DNA of 64,000 nt from Antedon mediterranea (taxonomy: Eukaryota; Animalia; Echinodermata): positions 36,896,437-36,960,436 of the forward strand of contig NC_092672.1 in NCBI RefSeq assembly GCF_964355755.1, given 5' to 3'. The position numbers were made by a program, and so were the translations under genes. How positions within the stretch are numbered: the stretch's first letter is position 1; each line of letters begins with the position of its first letter. Of the stretch, positions 42,297-55,300 are shown piece by piece. A model generated the notes under the pieces. It did not search any database and was not told where the DNA came from. It was given only the letters and a program-made list of their open reading frames with translations.

Positions 42297-44757
42297 TTCA
42301 TCATCACCATCACTGATTTAGATTACCATAAACATCATATTAATCGCCAATAAGATAATTACGTCAACATCATCAATATCATCATTATCATCATTATCAT
42401 CAATATCATCAATATCGTCATTATCATCAATATCATCAATATCATCATTATCATCAATATCATCAATATCATCAATATCATCAATATCATCATTGTCATC
42501 AATATCATCATTATCATCAATATCATCAATACCATAATTATCATCATTATCATCAATATCATCAATATCCTCATTATCATCATTATCATCAATATCATCA
42601 ATATCATCATTATCATCATTATCATCATTATCATCATCATCATTATCATCATTATAATCATTATCATCGTCAATATCATCATTATCATCGTCATTATCAT
42701 CATTATCATCATCATCATCATCATTATCATCATTATCATCACTATCATCGTCAATATCATCATTATCATCAATATCATTATTATCATCAATATCATCATT
42801 AAACAGTCATGATGATTACCTGTAGTTGTGTCTATCGTCCAATTTTCAAATAGATAAACAGGAATTTCTAACGAAAAGTGAAACGTTGACTGCAAGGGGA
42901 AAAAAATGATGTATATCAGAATGATGATACACTAATCATTATATGCTAATATGTGTGTAAAAACCTATTAGACCTATAATACTCCTTCATTTAAATATTT
43001 CGACAATATAAAACTCAAACAATGCAGTAATAGATAAAGTAAGCCGTACGCATATTCATTGATCCGTGGTTTTAACTCATAAAACCGGCTAATAATCTAA
43101 GCAATGCTTTTGTATTCACTTGTTAACAAAAAAAACTAGACTCGTGAACTTTGATAAATAAACAATGTGCTGAATAACTCTCTTTTCACCATGTAATAAT
43201 TGCTTCCGACTAGAACGTACACGCAACGTAAATTTAACCCATTAAGCTTGGTTCCCACTAGAAACGTAACGCAAGGACGTAAACGCAACGCAAGCGTTTT
43301 AACCAATGACAAGCGAAGTTATAGACAGTTAGCAATCACAAGCGAATAAGCCATCGCTTGTGATTGGTACGTCGTTGCGTTACGTCCTTGCGTTGCGTCG
43401 CTAGTGGGAACCACGCTTTACGAAAGACAGAGTGTGATTGGTAAAATGCCTTGCGTTGCCCGTACACGTACTTCATTGAGTTGCGTCCTAATTGGAAACA
43501 AGCTTAAATAATGGAGCTATAAATAGAACTAGGTTTGTTAATGTATATAACGCTTGGTTCCCACTAGGACGCAGCGCAAGGACGTAAGCGCAACGCAACC
43601 TAAAGCTTGGTTCCCACTAGAACGTAACGCAAGGACGTAAACGCAACGCAAGCGTTTTAACCAATGACAAGCGAAGTTATAGACAGACAGTTAGGATTAG
43701 GGTTAAAGCGTGGTTCCCACTAGCGACGCAACACAACGACGTAATGCAACGCAAGTGAATTGACCAATCACAAGCGATGGCTTATTCGCTTGTGATTGCT
43801 AACTGTCTATAACTTCGCTTGTCATTGGTTAAAACGCTTGCGTTGCGTTTACGTCCTTGCGTTATGTTCTAGTGGGAACCAAGCTTAATTGACAAATGAC
43901 AAGCGACAGTTCGGATAATCCATCGCTTGTGATTAGTTAAGTTACTTTTGTTTGCGCTTACGCCCTTGCTTGGGATCCAAGCTTAAAGCTCAGGTACAGT
44001 CATGAATTTTAAATATAATATTTGGTTAATTGTACATAAATCAAATATTTGTAACAGAAATCAAAACGAAAAAACATGAATTTCCATTAATATGGTCAAA
44101 TACAAAATTTGGCAAAATCCTTCCATAAAAACCAGGAAGACTTTTTTTCAGTAGTTAGTCACTTAACCTAATGTAATAACATGTCTGGTGACTCCCTAGA
44201 AGGTGAAAAAAGATGGTGGATATACGGTGGATAATTTTTGCTATAGCATGAAAATAAAAATCTGAAGTTGAATAAAAATACCAGAAATGTAATATTCAAG
44301 TTATATTATCTATATTTAGTCATCTGATAACATTTTTTACCACACTGTTTATTTTTCATAGCTTTTTAAAATGCCTCTCTATTTACAAAATGTGTGTACA
44401 AAAGAATAGAGATTTTACTGCGTAATTTGAACTATACCCCACTGATAAGAAAGTGCTTATTTTCAACAAGCTCGTGTAACACAAATAAAATCCCAAATAT
44501 TATGAAACATAGGGGAAACTATAGATCGATAATTTAAATTGGAATGTATGATAAATAGAATTTTTTTGCCCGCACCTGGCCTTTAAGTTCAATGGATGCT
44601 TAATTGTACGTACCGCATGGCCGTGTATGTTGTGACTCTCACTGCTACCGTGCTCATTTGTATGGTCGTTCATCGTTGCACCCTCCCTAGACGTATTCCA
44701 GGAATTGTTCGCCTTCATCATATCACCCATACCTGTAGGATGGATGTGTTCATTCAT
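40443..44757 (-). CDS. SLC31A: Ctr/SLC31-family copper transporter (divergent), 4 exons, about 274 aa
   Basis: Exons 44757-44614, 42889-42820, 42143-41795 and 40704-40443 (825 nt, phases consistent). His/Met-rich N-terminus; TFHF..LFENWTI; TM1 FILALLLAIILSISFEIFK; TM2 GYVLMLIVMTFN (MxxxM); TM3 ..AAVGYF. Confidence 0.88.
42267..42800. repeat. (ATC/ATT/AAT)n compound trinucleotide microsatellite in Ctr intron 2
   Basis: About 500 bp of atcatcattatcatcaat repeats. Confidence 0.95.
43195..43986. mobile_element. Nested cluster of palindromic MITE family C (TIR AAGCTTGGTTCCCACTAG)
   Basis: Complete copies at about 43244-43398 and 43706-43886 and a half copy at 43603-43690. These sit inside older copies at about 43195-43505 and 43549-43986. 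Another copy lies at about 61537-61650. Confidence 0.85.
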
Positions 44758-45409
44758 TCTGCCGACGCTTTTGTTTCAGCGGAATTCACTTCGTTGTATT
44801 AAATACAGAAGAGAACAGGTGTTTAATCCAAAACAAAACGATTGAATGTCAAAAAACGATTCCAAATACTGGAAATTGGAATTATTATCCTTGTGAGTCT
44901 TGTCTCTTCCAATAGACCTATCACATTAATCATAACAACATAGTCTGCCAATATGGAAATAACAGCTTTCTTCACGATCCAGTGATGAATATCATCTGTA
45001 AATATATTGAAATAATCATTTTAAATTGGAAGGAAGTGAAGTTGATCCCATCTGGTTTGTCACGTGATGAAATCCACCATTAGACATAGGCCAACTAAAA
45101 CTTGTCTGTAAAAACACCCAGGATTTGGTTTACTGACGCATGAATTTTTTTCCCAAAGAGTTTAGTCAAAACAACAAGTGTATAAAGACATTAGACAAGG
45201 ACTGGTTCACTCACGGGTACTTTGTAATATGTAGGTGAAATGTACACGGATTTTAGCTTTCAAAGAACTTTATAATACTTTATTGTGTATCAACGTCTAA
45301 TTCCATCTAATTGTAACTTTGGATTTAGCTTTTTACATTTTGTTCTTGTTATTTGCTTTTTTATTAGCAACATAATTATAAAATGTAAGCTCGTCATTGT
45401 GTACAACAT

Positions 45410-46060
45410 AGCATTTGGTAATCCTGGACACAATGAGGATTATATTATAAAATAAAATTCATTATGTCCCACTGTAGACATATAAATATATAATGAAATC
45501 ATTGGACACAGTAAAGTATTGTTATAAATACAATATTTTATCCAACTATATTATTTTTGATAATCCAGTGCAAGAGGAATTATATTATAAATGTCTCCCA
45601 TTATCGACATTTTGGTAATCCGTGGATTATACTATAAAATAAAATTCATTATGTTCTAATAGACATTTGAGTAATCCTTGTAGCTACACAATGAATAATA
45701 TTTAATAAAATCATTGGACACAGTAACGTATTATGTTATAAATACAATGTTTTATCCAACTATATTATTTTTGATAATCCAGGGCAAGAGGAATTATATT
45801 ATACATTTGATTGTGTCTCCCATTATCGACATTTTGGTAATCCGTGGACACAACAAAGAATTATGTTATAAATGAAATGTTTTATCTAACTATATTATTT
45901 TTGATACTCCAGGGCACGAGGGGTAAAAGGTATGTAACATACATTTAATTACGTCTTCCATTACCGACACTTTGGTAATCCGTGGACACAATTAAGAATT
46001 ATTTTATAGTTTGAAGAATGTTTATCCACCATAGCTCTTAGTTATGGAAATACAATGAAG
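45410..46060. repeat. Degenerate tandem repeat upstream of Ctr
   Basis: Recurrent ttttggtaatccgtggacacaa..gaattatattataaa and ccaactatattatttttgataatccag blocks. Confidence 0.65.
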
Positions 46061-47930
46061 AATTATTCTTTATTTAGGCCTATGCCCCACTATATTCGTT
46101 TAAGCCAATTAAGAATTACCAAACGGAATGACTCAACTAAAAGGCAGAAACCACATATAAATAGAGATATCACCATGTATGTTGCATGCCTCTATAGCCA
46201 GTGGTAGTTAGGGAGACGGTTTGGTAGCCAAATCCTAATATTTGTATTACCAAAATGCTAATGTGTTTGTAGTATGTTCAATTTTTAATGTCCAAGCAGG
46301 GAGGTATAAAATAAGTGTCTAAAGTGACATGCTGTAGTATTACTATTATGTAGTATTATAGTATCCAGCAAATTCACAAAGAAACATGTTATAAAGCATG
46401 TCAAAAACAGTCGGTTCGTGTCTTGCTTAACTTTATTAGTATTGGTACTTAATCTACAACCGATTGTTGATCGAGTCATGAATAAAAAGCATGGATGATT
46501 TGTTTAAGCAAATTAAATATTTAATCTGATAGAATTTCTTGTTTCCTTTACATAAGACGCGAATGCAGTGTACGTATCTGGTTTGGCACGTAACGTAAAA
46601 AAATGTTCAGTTGGATATTAATATCAAAGTTCGTAATTAAAGTACACGTAACGTAAAAAAAAAAACATGACTTCAAAAGTCTTCTATGTAGGACCCCCTC
46701 CCTAACATGTATAGCCGACCAATTTAATATATTTAATTCGCTGTTGGCGTTTCGATAATACTTACCGTATCACATAGGCCTACATGTGTCTGATGGACAT
46801 TAATTCAATAGGTAGCGGTTATAACGGTAAATATTAGCGTCGTACTCGTGTTTTGTATAAATTAGCCCGTTTATGTACAGAGGGTACGACAACAGGACAT
46901 ACTGAACAGCAACCATGGATTAAAGTACGTGCTTATGTCAAGGGTGTTCATCTTATCAGTTATCAGTTCGACACAATCACGTATACATTATAGTAAAATT
47001 ATTTAATACAGAATACTATAGACAGCAGCATGGTAATCTATATTTTTTTGCCAGGTTCAAAAAAACTTATCGCTCTATTTCAACAAACGTTGGGAGATAA
47101 ATTAAAGAGTACAGTACTAATTATTATCCGGTGTATTTAAGTTTGGTATCTTAACATGGGATAATATTTGGTCTATAGTATATCGTGGTCAACTTAAAAT
47201 TGACAGGAAACGGGTGAAAGAGTTGAGTACTAAGTATTTATATCCACGCTTATAGGTTTAATATAATGTAGATACTGGCTATAATTAATTTTACTTTTTT
47301 ATTTAAGTAACCGAAGCACGTTGTTACAGAAGACGCCCGAGAAGACGTTAATACACGTAAACAATTATTGTCAATAACTCAAATAAATGAAAATCAAACT
47401 TACTAACAATAACATATGGATGGAAATAACAAATACGCCGAACAAGTTGATGATGTAAAAATATAACGAATAGCACTTAACAGCCAAAAACATTAATGTC
47501 CCCTGAGATGTAAAACGCATGCGCAAAAACTTCCATTCGAGCTGCAGACAGCGATATTTGATGTGTTGACCATCGGTGCGTCAACTTAGTTATTAATATC
47601 AAAGTTCGTTAAGTACTGTATAAATATAATATAGTTTGATAATAGATGGCGCTCTTATATAAGAAGGATTAGTAATAATCATTTATTGGAAACTTCACTT
47701 TTACAACAGTGGCACACTTTGATGATAAGGTGCGTCCAAAATATTAACTTAAAATTAAACAAAATAAATGCAACATTTCTTTAACATGTGAAATACGCAA
47801 CATAAAAGGCATACAAAAATAAATAAAATTAACTTAAAATGAATCAAAATAAATGTAAAAATAATAATAAATTAGTAATAGCCTAAAACTATCAAAGAAG
47901 AAATAATACACACTAAAAGAAATCTATGTT

Positions 47931-48090
47931 AAGCTTTGTCTACACTATCAAACTTTATGTGACAAAAAATGTGATGTGCCCATATATGGACATGATGATG
48001 TCATATAATTACTATATTTGGGCATATCACTACCATATTTGGGCACATCACACTTTTTTTGTCAAACTAGTTTGATATTGTAGACAGACT
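47931..48090. mobile_element. MITE family A copy
   Basis: Full-length with both TIRs. Confidence 0.85.
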
Positions 48091-49388
48091 AACTTTCCCG
48101 AAATTTAATAATCTCACCTAACTGCTCTAAAATGATAATGCACAATAATACGTACATGCATAATTTAAGTTGAATTAAATTAAATGAACGAAAGAAATAG
48201 AACCACAAGAATACATTTCATAGTTAAAATCTCAATTTTATTATCGTATGTAAATGTATGCAGCACACAGTAGGCCTACTGTAATAATAACACAACTTTC
48301 CAAAAAAGGAATCAATTGAGTTGAAGCTCAAAAATAACGATGACAATTGAAACAAATACACATCTATTATAAATAAAATATTTAGTTTAATTTATTTAGA
48401 AAATGACCCTGAAAAAGCATACCATAAATAGATAGGCCTATGTTCATATTGTGCGCAACTTAGACTGCAGGTACCACATTACAATATTTTCTCACAAACT
48501 TCAGGGATTTAGGAATATAAACATTAAGACAAGACAGATCACTAATAAATAAAATTGCAGTAAACATTTGATGTAATATTTTTAGAGTAAGAAATATATT
48601 ATATATATATATATAAATAAAATAGATGAGGTTTCTTTTTTAAAGAGAATGTACTTTTTAAAAATATATTTTTAACCTGAAGTTAAGAGCAATGACAAAT
48701 ACACAAATAGGAAATATAAAATTTTACAGAAAAATAAAGGAGAATTGAAATATGATAGATGATAACATTAACATAATAAAAGTAAATTTTGATATACAAT
48801 TTGGCAAATTTGAATTAAAAAACCCCAATTAACATTTTTGTATATATTTTCCAGGGTATTACAATACATCTGTTTTCAGTTATTATCAATATACAAAATC
48901 GGGGAGGGGAGGGGGGACTGGAGAGTATAACCAGATTTCTAACATTTTAACTAAGGTAAAAAATTTAAATATAAGTATTATTTACAGGCAAGAACTAAGT
49001 AAAATATAACTTATATAAACAAAAACATGATACAATATTAAACTATAAATTAAATTACTCTGAATACAATATAATTAATATAATATAATTAATTGTGAAC
49101 CACATATATAATTCTTTCTAGATAAAAGTACTTATTTACTTACATTACTAGTCTGGGAAACTAAACTTTTATGACTACATTCACACAATCCTGTTCCATT
49201 GGCCACTACTGGGAACAAATGATCCTACTAATGTACATATTTCTGGTGGTCTATATGACCCAAATACTGCTACGATATCACCTGACTGACATTAGTTGAA
49301 AGTGAGTGAACCACAAACAAGCCTCAAATGTCAATAGGAAGTCTTCAAATTGCAATTGTGTACTATGTAAACAACTTACTTAAACAAT

Positions 49389-52300
49389 TTACTCAGCAAG
49401 CCTGAAAATGAAAATTCTGAATTATTGCTTCATTTATTTTATACCAGTCAAATACATTAAAAAAAATAAATAAATATAAAGGTAAATTTAAATATGGAAA
49501 CAAGCAAATCATAAATTGGAAAAACAGAATTGTAAAAGAACAAGAAAGAACTTACTTGATTGTGATGTGTTTCTCAGAGAAGAGTCTTAAGATGAAGGAT
49601 GACACCTCACCGGGGTGAAATGTTGACGGAATGATGATGTAATCACCAGGATCAAGATCAAACTGATGATTTACCTCTCGACGGTTGATGTACGAACCTG
49701 ATGTGCCGATGTCCTGCGTGTACAGGATGTCATCTTTACTCAGTCTTTTACCATTTTCCTCTGTAGACTGAAAAACGATTTTACTGATTAAGTAATTGCT
49801 AAATACTTGTATGTACTATACATTACCACATAGCATGGTATAAACGTAGATCTCAAGTACACAAGCATACTATGTATCCGTCAATGACGGCCATGTGTCT
49901 TCAGAAGAAGACGGCTACAAGAAAAGTAACAAATTCAAATTCTCTTTTATTAATCCTTTCATTCATTCAATTCATTGAATGAATATTGAATTTGAATTTT
50001 CCTCAAACATGATAAATACCATGTTTAAAAATGTATCGGTTGCCTTAATAGCAATGCAAAATTTTTCAAACTGATGGAGGACTATAATGACATGATTATG
50101 TTTGTATCTTGTAGAAATAACTCTAAGAAATTTGTTTGCCCAACAAGATACCCTAGGACCACAACAAAGAAGCTCCAAATACATGATAACACACACCTTG
50201 TATAAAACAAAGCCGATGTTGTCCTTCTTTGCCATGTAATCCTTTTTTGAGCTTCGATACTCTTGCAGCAATGAAATAATAACAGAACAGCGCCCCCATT
50301 TTGCTGAAGTATCCTCTTCAGAGTTCCAATCATCTAAAAGATTAGAATGTGGGTCATAATTTAGTTTGCTGCCCTCTGCTTCAAATGAATCAAAACTTTG
50401 GCTGAAGTATAAATCTTGATTTGATTTGAATTTATTTGATTTTTGATTTGAATTTATTTGGAAAATCATCATAAAAAATACATACAAAGTGATAACATAA
50501 ATTACGGACATTACAAATAATACATTTATAAAAGACTTTCCAGGATAGCCCAAAAAGCTTATCAGCTTATTTCCATTGGGATCCTTTTACAATCTAAAAT
50601 AAAAAATATAAACATTACAAAGTATTGCATTAAACACGTAAATATTACAAAAACAATAATATAAAAAACAAGTTAAATTAAAGATTATGATTGACTTATA
50701 AAATTATTTGGTAGAACAGAAATGTGATTTAACATTTTTCTTAAAATTAAATTTGTTTTCTATTTGTTGAATGGAATGAGGTAGGTTATTCCATGCCTTT
50801 ATGCCTGTATAATAAAACGTTTTAGATATCTGACTATCAGATATAGGAACTGAAAAACCATTGACACTACTTCTAGTCATATAATGGTGGTTAGATGAAA
50901 CTCTTTGAAACTTTTCAGTCAAATAAGGTACTGATTTTCCATAAAAAATCTTATGAACATGATTAAGTTTGAGTTGGCAAATTCTATCCTCTAGACATAA
51001 TTGACCGATTTGGTTCAGTTCGTCTTTACCAATATGTGCACGATTATTTTTATTTAATATAAACCTAGCAACTTTATTTTGACTGGTTTGGAGTCTTTGT
51101 TTAAGTTTTTTAGAAACACCGGAAAACCAGGAGCAACATGCATAGTCAAAGTGACAAGTAATCAGTGCCGAACATAGAATTTTACGAGAAAAGAAATTTA
51201 GACATGCAGAATGTCTATACAAAAATTTAAGTCTTGAATTAGTCTTACTAAGAACTTTTTGAACCATAGATTCTCCAGACAGGTCTTCATCAAGCAAACA
51301 ACCAAGATATGAGATCATATTCTTCTTACATATCAACTTATTTTTAAACATAACAGCAAAATCATGAACATTCTTAAGTTTTCTTTTAGTACCAAACAAT
51401 ATTGATTCAGTTTTATCAGGATGTAATGATAGTTTGTTGTTTATAAGCCTTTTATATCTTTTATAGTCAGTGTACACCTTTCAGGAGAAGAAGAATCGTT
51501 CATGGTATTGGTTCATTCACCAGGCCAGTGGCATAACATACGGGGAAAAGGCCCCTGGTTTAGCACTCTAATGCCTGGTAGTTGCATTGGATTGCACATG
51601 ATGTTCTGGGGTCACTGGATTTAGCCAGTGAGCGCTCATAGTCGTTATTTAGCCAGTGAGCGCTCATAGTCGTTATTTAGCCAGTGAGCGCTCATAGTCG
51701 TTATTTAGCCAGTGAGCGCTCATAGTTGTTATTTAACCAGTGAGCGCTCATAGTCGTTATTTAGCCAGTGAGCGCTCATAGTCGTTATTTAGCCAGTGAG
51801 CGCTCATAGTTGTTATTTAGCCAGTGAGCGCTCATAGTTGTTATTTAGCCAGTGAGCACTCATAGTCGTTATTTAGCCAGTGAGCGCTCATAGTCGTTAT
51901 TTAGCCAGTGAGCGCTCATAGTTGTTATTTAGCCAGTGAGCACTCATAGTCGTTATTTAGCCAGTGAGCGCTCATAGTTGTTATTTAGCCAGTGAGCGCT
52001 CATAGTTGTTATTTAGCCAGTGAGCGCTCATAGTCGTTATTTAGCCAGTGAGCGCTCATAGTTGTTATTTAGCCAGTGAGCGCTCATAGTTGTTATTTAG
52101 CCAGTGAGCACTCATAGTCGTTATTTAGCCAGTGAGCGCTCATAGTCGTTATTTAGCCAGTGAGCGCTCATAGTTGTTATTTAGCCAGTGAGCGCTCATA
52201 GTTGTTATTTAGCCAGTGAGCGCTCATAGTTGTTATTTAGCCAGTGAGCGCTCATAGTTGTTATTTAGCAAGTGAGCGATCATAGTTGTTATTTCATTGC

Positions 52301-55300
52301 ATAAGGCACTGCTAAATTGTAAAGAAGAAAAGAATCCAACATAACTTTGAAATCTGTACACTTTTGGTGATATAGTTGTTATGGTTCAGTAATTTTGTTT
52401 TGATTTTGAAATAATGGAATAGCCCATAGGGGATGGGAATCCTGCTGGACACCCAAGCCTAGATAGCTGTATTCAAGGAGACATCTCTCTCTTTGGCCTG
52501 GGTGACTGCAGGGAGAGGAGTGTTCTTTTTGCTAATGCAAATAAATGCTATAGAATTTGTAATTAAACTGCCATAAACTGAGGCTGTTTTGCTTGCCTGT
52601 TTTTGGTGCCGCCTGTTTATATTCTAATAAATGTTATGAGATCAAATCAAGACGAGTTACCTGATAACACTGTACGTGTCGACCGCTACCCCATACAAAT
52701 AGTTAGGGAGGCCAGAGCCTTTTACATAGTAAAGCACTAGTGTTAGATTTGACACTTTGGTATAACACTTACCTGCCTCTGTAACTGTCAAAATATACTG
52801 TTTATTCATCATAAATGAATCTATATTATTTCTAGAACCACCAGCAGTTACACCTTTCACCCAGGATCCATGGATGAATGCGGAATGTAGTGTACTAACT
52901 GGGAAAAAAAAATAATAAACAAAAATTAAATGATTCACAATTTTATTCTTCAATTTATATTATACACCTTTCTGTGGGAGAGTTAATAGTCACTAATGTT
53001 TATTTTTTTTTATGTTTGTATTTGCCTTTCTCATTTTCAAATATCAATTGCCACTGATGTTTACTGTAATACCGGATTTAATCCCTTCCACAAATCCACA
53101 CAAGATCAACAAATACAAATTTAATAATTATATTTATTGAAAATTTGGATTTAAAGACAGAAATGTGTTTAATAGGTATAATCACACACCACAACAAATA
53201 ATATTAGAATCTTACTGTCTGTATCTAGTTTGTTTTCAGCCAGTCTGCACACAATGACTCTAGTAAATTCATTGCAAAAGTCTTGAAATGAAATCCTATG
53301 TAAACAATAAGACAAAAGCTATTCAATTAGAGCAAAATATATGATGTAATGTTTGCATACTAACCGGTAGTCAATAAAATGAGATAAAAGGAGAAAATAA
53401 AAGTTATTGAAAAAAAAAAAAAAAAAAAAAACGAATAAAGGTTTGTGGTACATCATGTGTTTTTTGAAAAAAATCAGAAAGTTGAGAGTACTGTATATCT
53501 GTATATCTAAGGAAATCAGAAAGTTGAGAGTACTGTATATCTGTATATCTAAGGAAATCAGAAAGTTGAGAGTACTGTATATCTGTATATCTAAGGAAAT
53601 CAGAAAGTTGAGAATATCCCTTTGGAATTCTGGGATTGACCCAAGGATTCTGGGATTGAGGAAATGTTCTTACCAAAATTCACCATCATCTTTATCTTGG
53701 AGATCTAGAGCTTTTTTGTCATCAGGCTTTACTCTGTCCCACGAATTGGACCTGCAACAAAAAAGAAAACATGTTACACACCAACAAGAATTAAATGGTC
53801 TCACCAGTAACAGTGGTGCTTATTTGAGATACTTGGGAAGAGTGACACGGTCAAATACAAACTACAAAAACTAAATTGAACCAGTGTCTGACAAACACAG
53901 CAAAAAATATAAATTACCCATCACTGAAGTCTCCTGTCCATTCGGTTGAGTTTCCCCAGGGGTTACGTACTCTTAACAGCGCCCCCTGGCTATCGTTCAA
54001 AAAGGTAACCCACTTCACTGCGGTAATGGAATATGAATGACCGGACACTATTCCTTGTTCATCAGCATTGGCAAGTTGCCAAGCTCCCTAAAGGTGTATT
54101 GAAATTAAACAACAAATAAACTACTTCATGCATTTAGTACAGTAGACTTTTGCCAAGTCTGTTTTTACTGTCTTTTTTATGTTAGTCCACCAGTCGACGT
54201 TTCGATTTTTCTCCGAGTTTAAAGCTCAAGTAGTATACGTATGAAATGCCATATGTGCCAAATTATTTATATTTTTACTATATTAAGTCAAAACTCTTCT
54301 TTTTGAAGAGTGATCAGAAAAGTCATGAAATTAACTTAAATGTACTGATTTCCTACATTTTTATTTATGAAACTGTCACATTTTCTTTTCATGCAGAAAC
54401 AGGAAACGATACTGACTTGTATTGTTTGGTAACAAAACTATTGTTTAATATAAGAACTATAATAGTTTACCTTTTTAGAGCAAGTCATAAAAGCATTGCA
54501 TTTACTGCCTTTGCAGAGTGACCTGAATACTTCTAAGTCGGTACCAGTATCAGGTTTAAGTTGAAACACTTCAGCCAGGCCTCCTGTCAAATCAACCATA
54601 GCATCAGAGGCCTGCCCTCCATTCAGTCCATCATATGCTCCATTCAACCTGAAATAAAATATACAATTGTATTTTCTAGTATTGACAATCTGACAAAACA
54701 AATATACTATGTATGCTATAAAAAAATATTTACTTGTTGCTTCTTTTTTGTGGGGATATCGTTTATCATTCGTTAACCTGTTATTATTTTCAATGCTAGT
54801 TATTATAATCTATAAAGTTCAAATTCACAGAATGAGCTATGAATGAAAACCAAGAACAGGTTACAAAAAAATAGGTTAATTGAAATAAATTTGGTGAAAA
54901 GTGAGGACAAATACCTTCTTTTAACATGAGAAGATGAATACTTGCCTCATGCTTATGGGCAGATGATACGTGAGAACTAATAGACTTGGGTGAGGCATGC
55001 CTAGCTTCCTTAAATATTAAGTATTTCACTGAATTCAATAAATAAGTATTTCCTTAAATTATTCACTTAGATAGGAGATTTTGTTTCATTTCAAGGGTAA
55101 GTGTTTCAGAGGGGTTAAAGGTTCGTCCTCTTGTGTTGCAGCAATTAGACCATTTTAAGGTGCATTTATTCTTTTCCATAGAATCGGTCAAAATACAGTA
55201 AATAACGCATCCTGTCTTACTTTGCATAGGCCTTTTCAATAAGTGCTGGCCAGAACTCATTAGTATTACTTGAATGTGCATAGAGAAGTTTTCCATCCAC

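Noticed and set aside
42359-42895. 178-aa Met/Ile-rich ORF resembling a giant copper-binding Met motif in the Ctr gene
   Set aside because: Only 42889-42820 is exon. A GTAATC donor follows, and the Met-rich part is the intronic (ATC)n microsatellite, ending in a stop before any TM segment.
51628-51639. Similarity of GTGAGCGCTCA to the symmetric lac operator core
   Set aside because: Short coincidental match. The flanks differ and there is no vector sequence.
53404-53874. ORFs with [14 protein letters not shown] repeats
   Set aside because: Produced by the 42-bp intronic tandem repeat and the antisense of a calpain exon.
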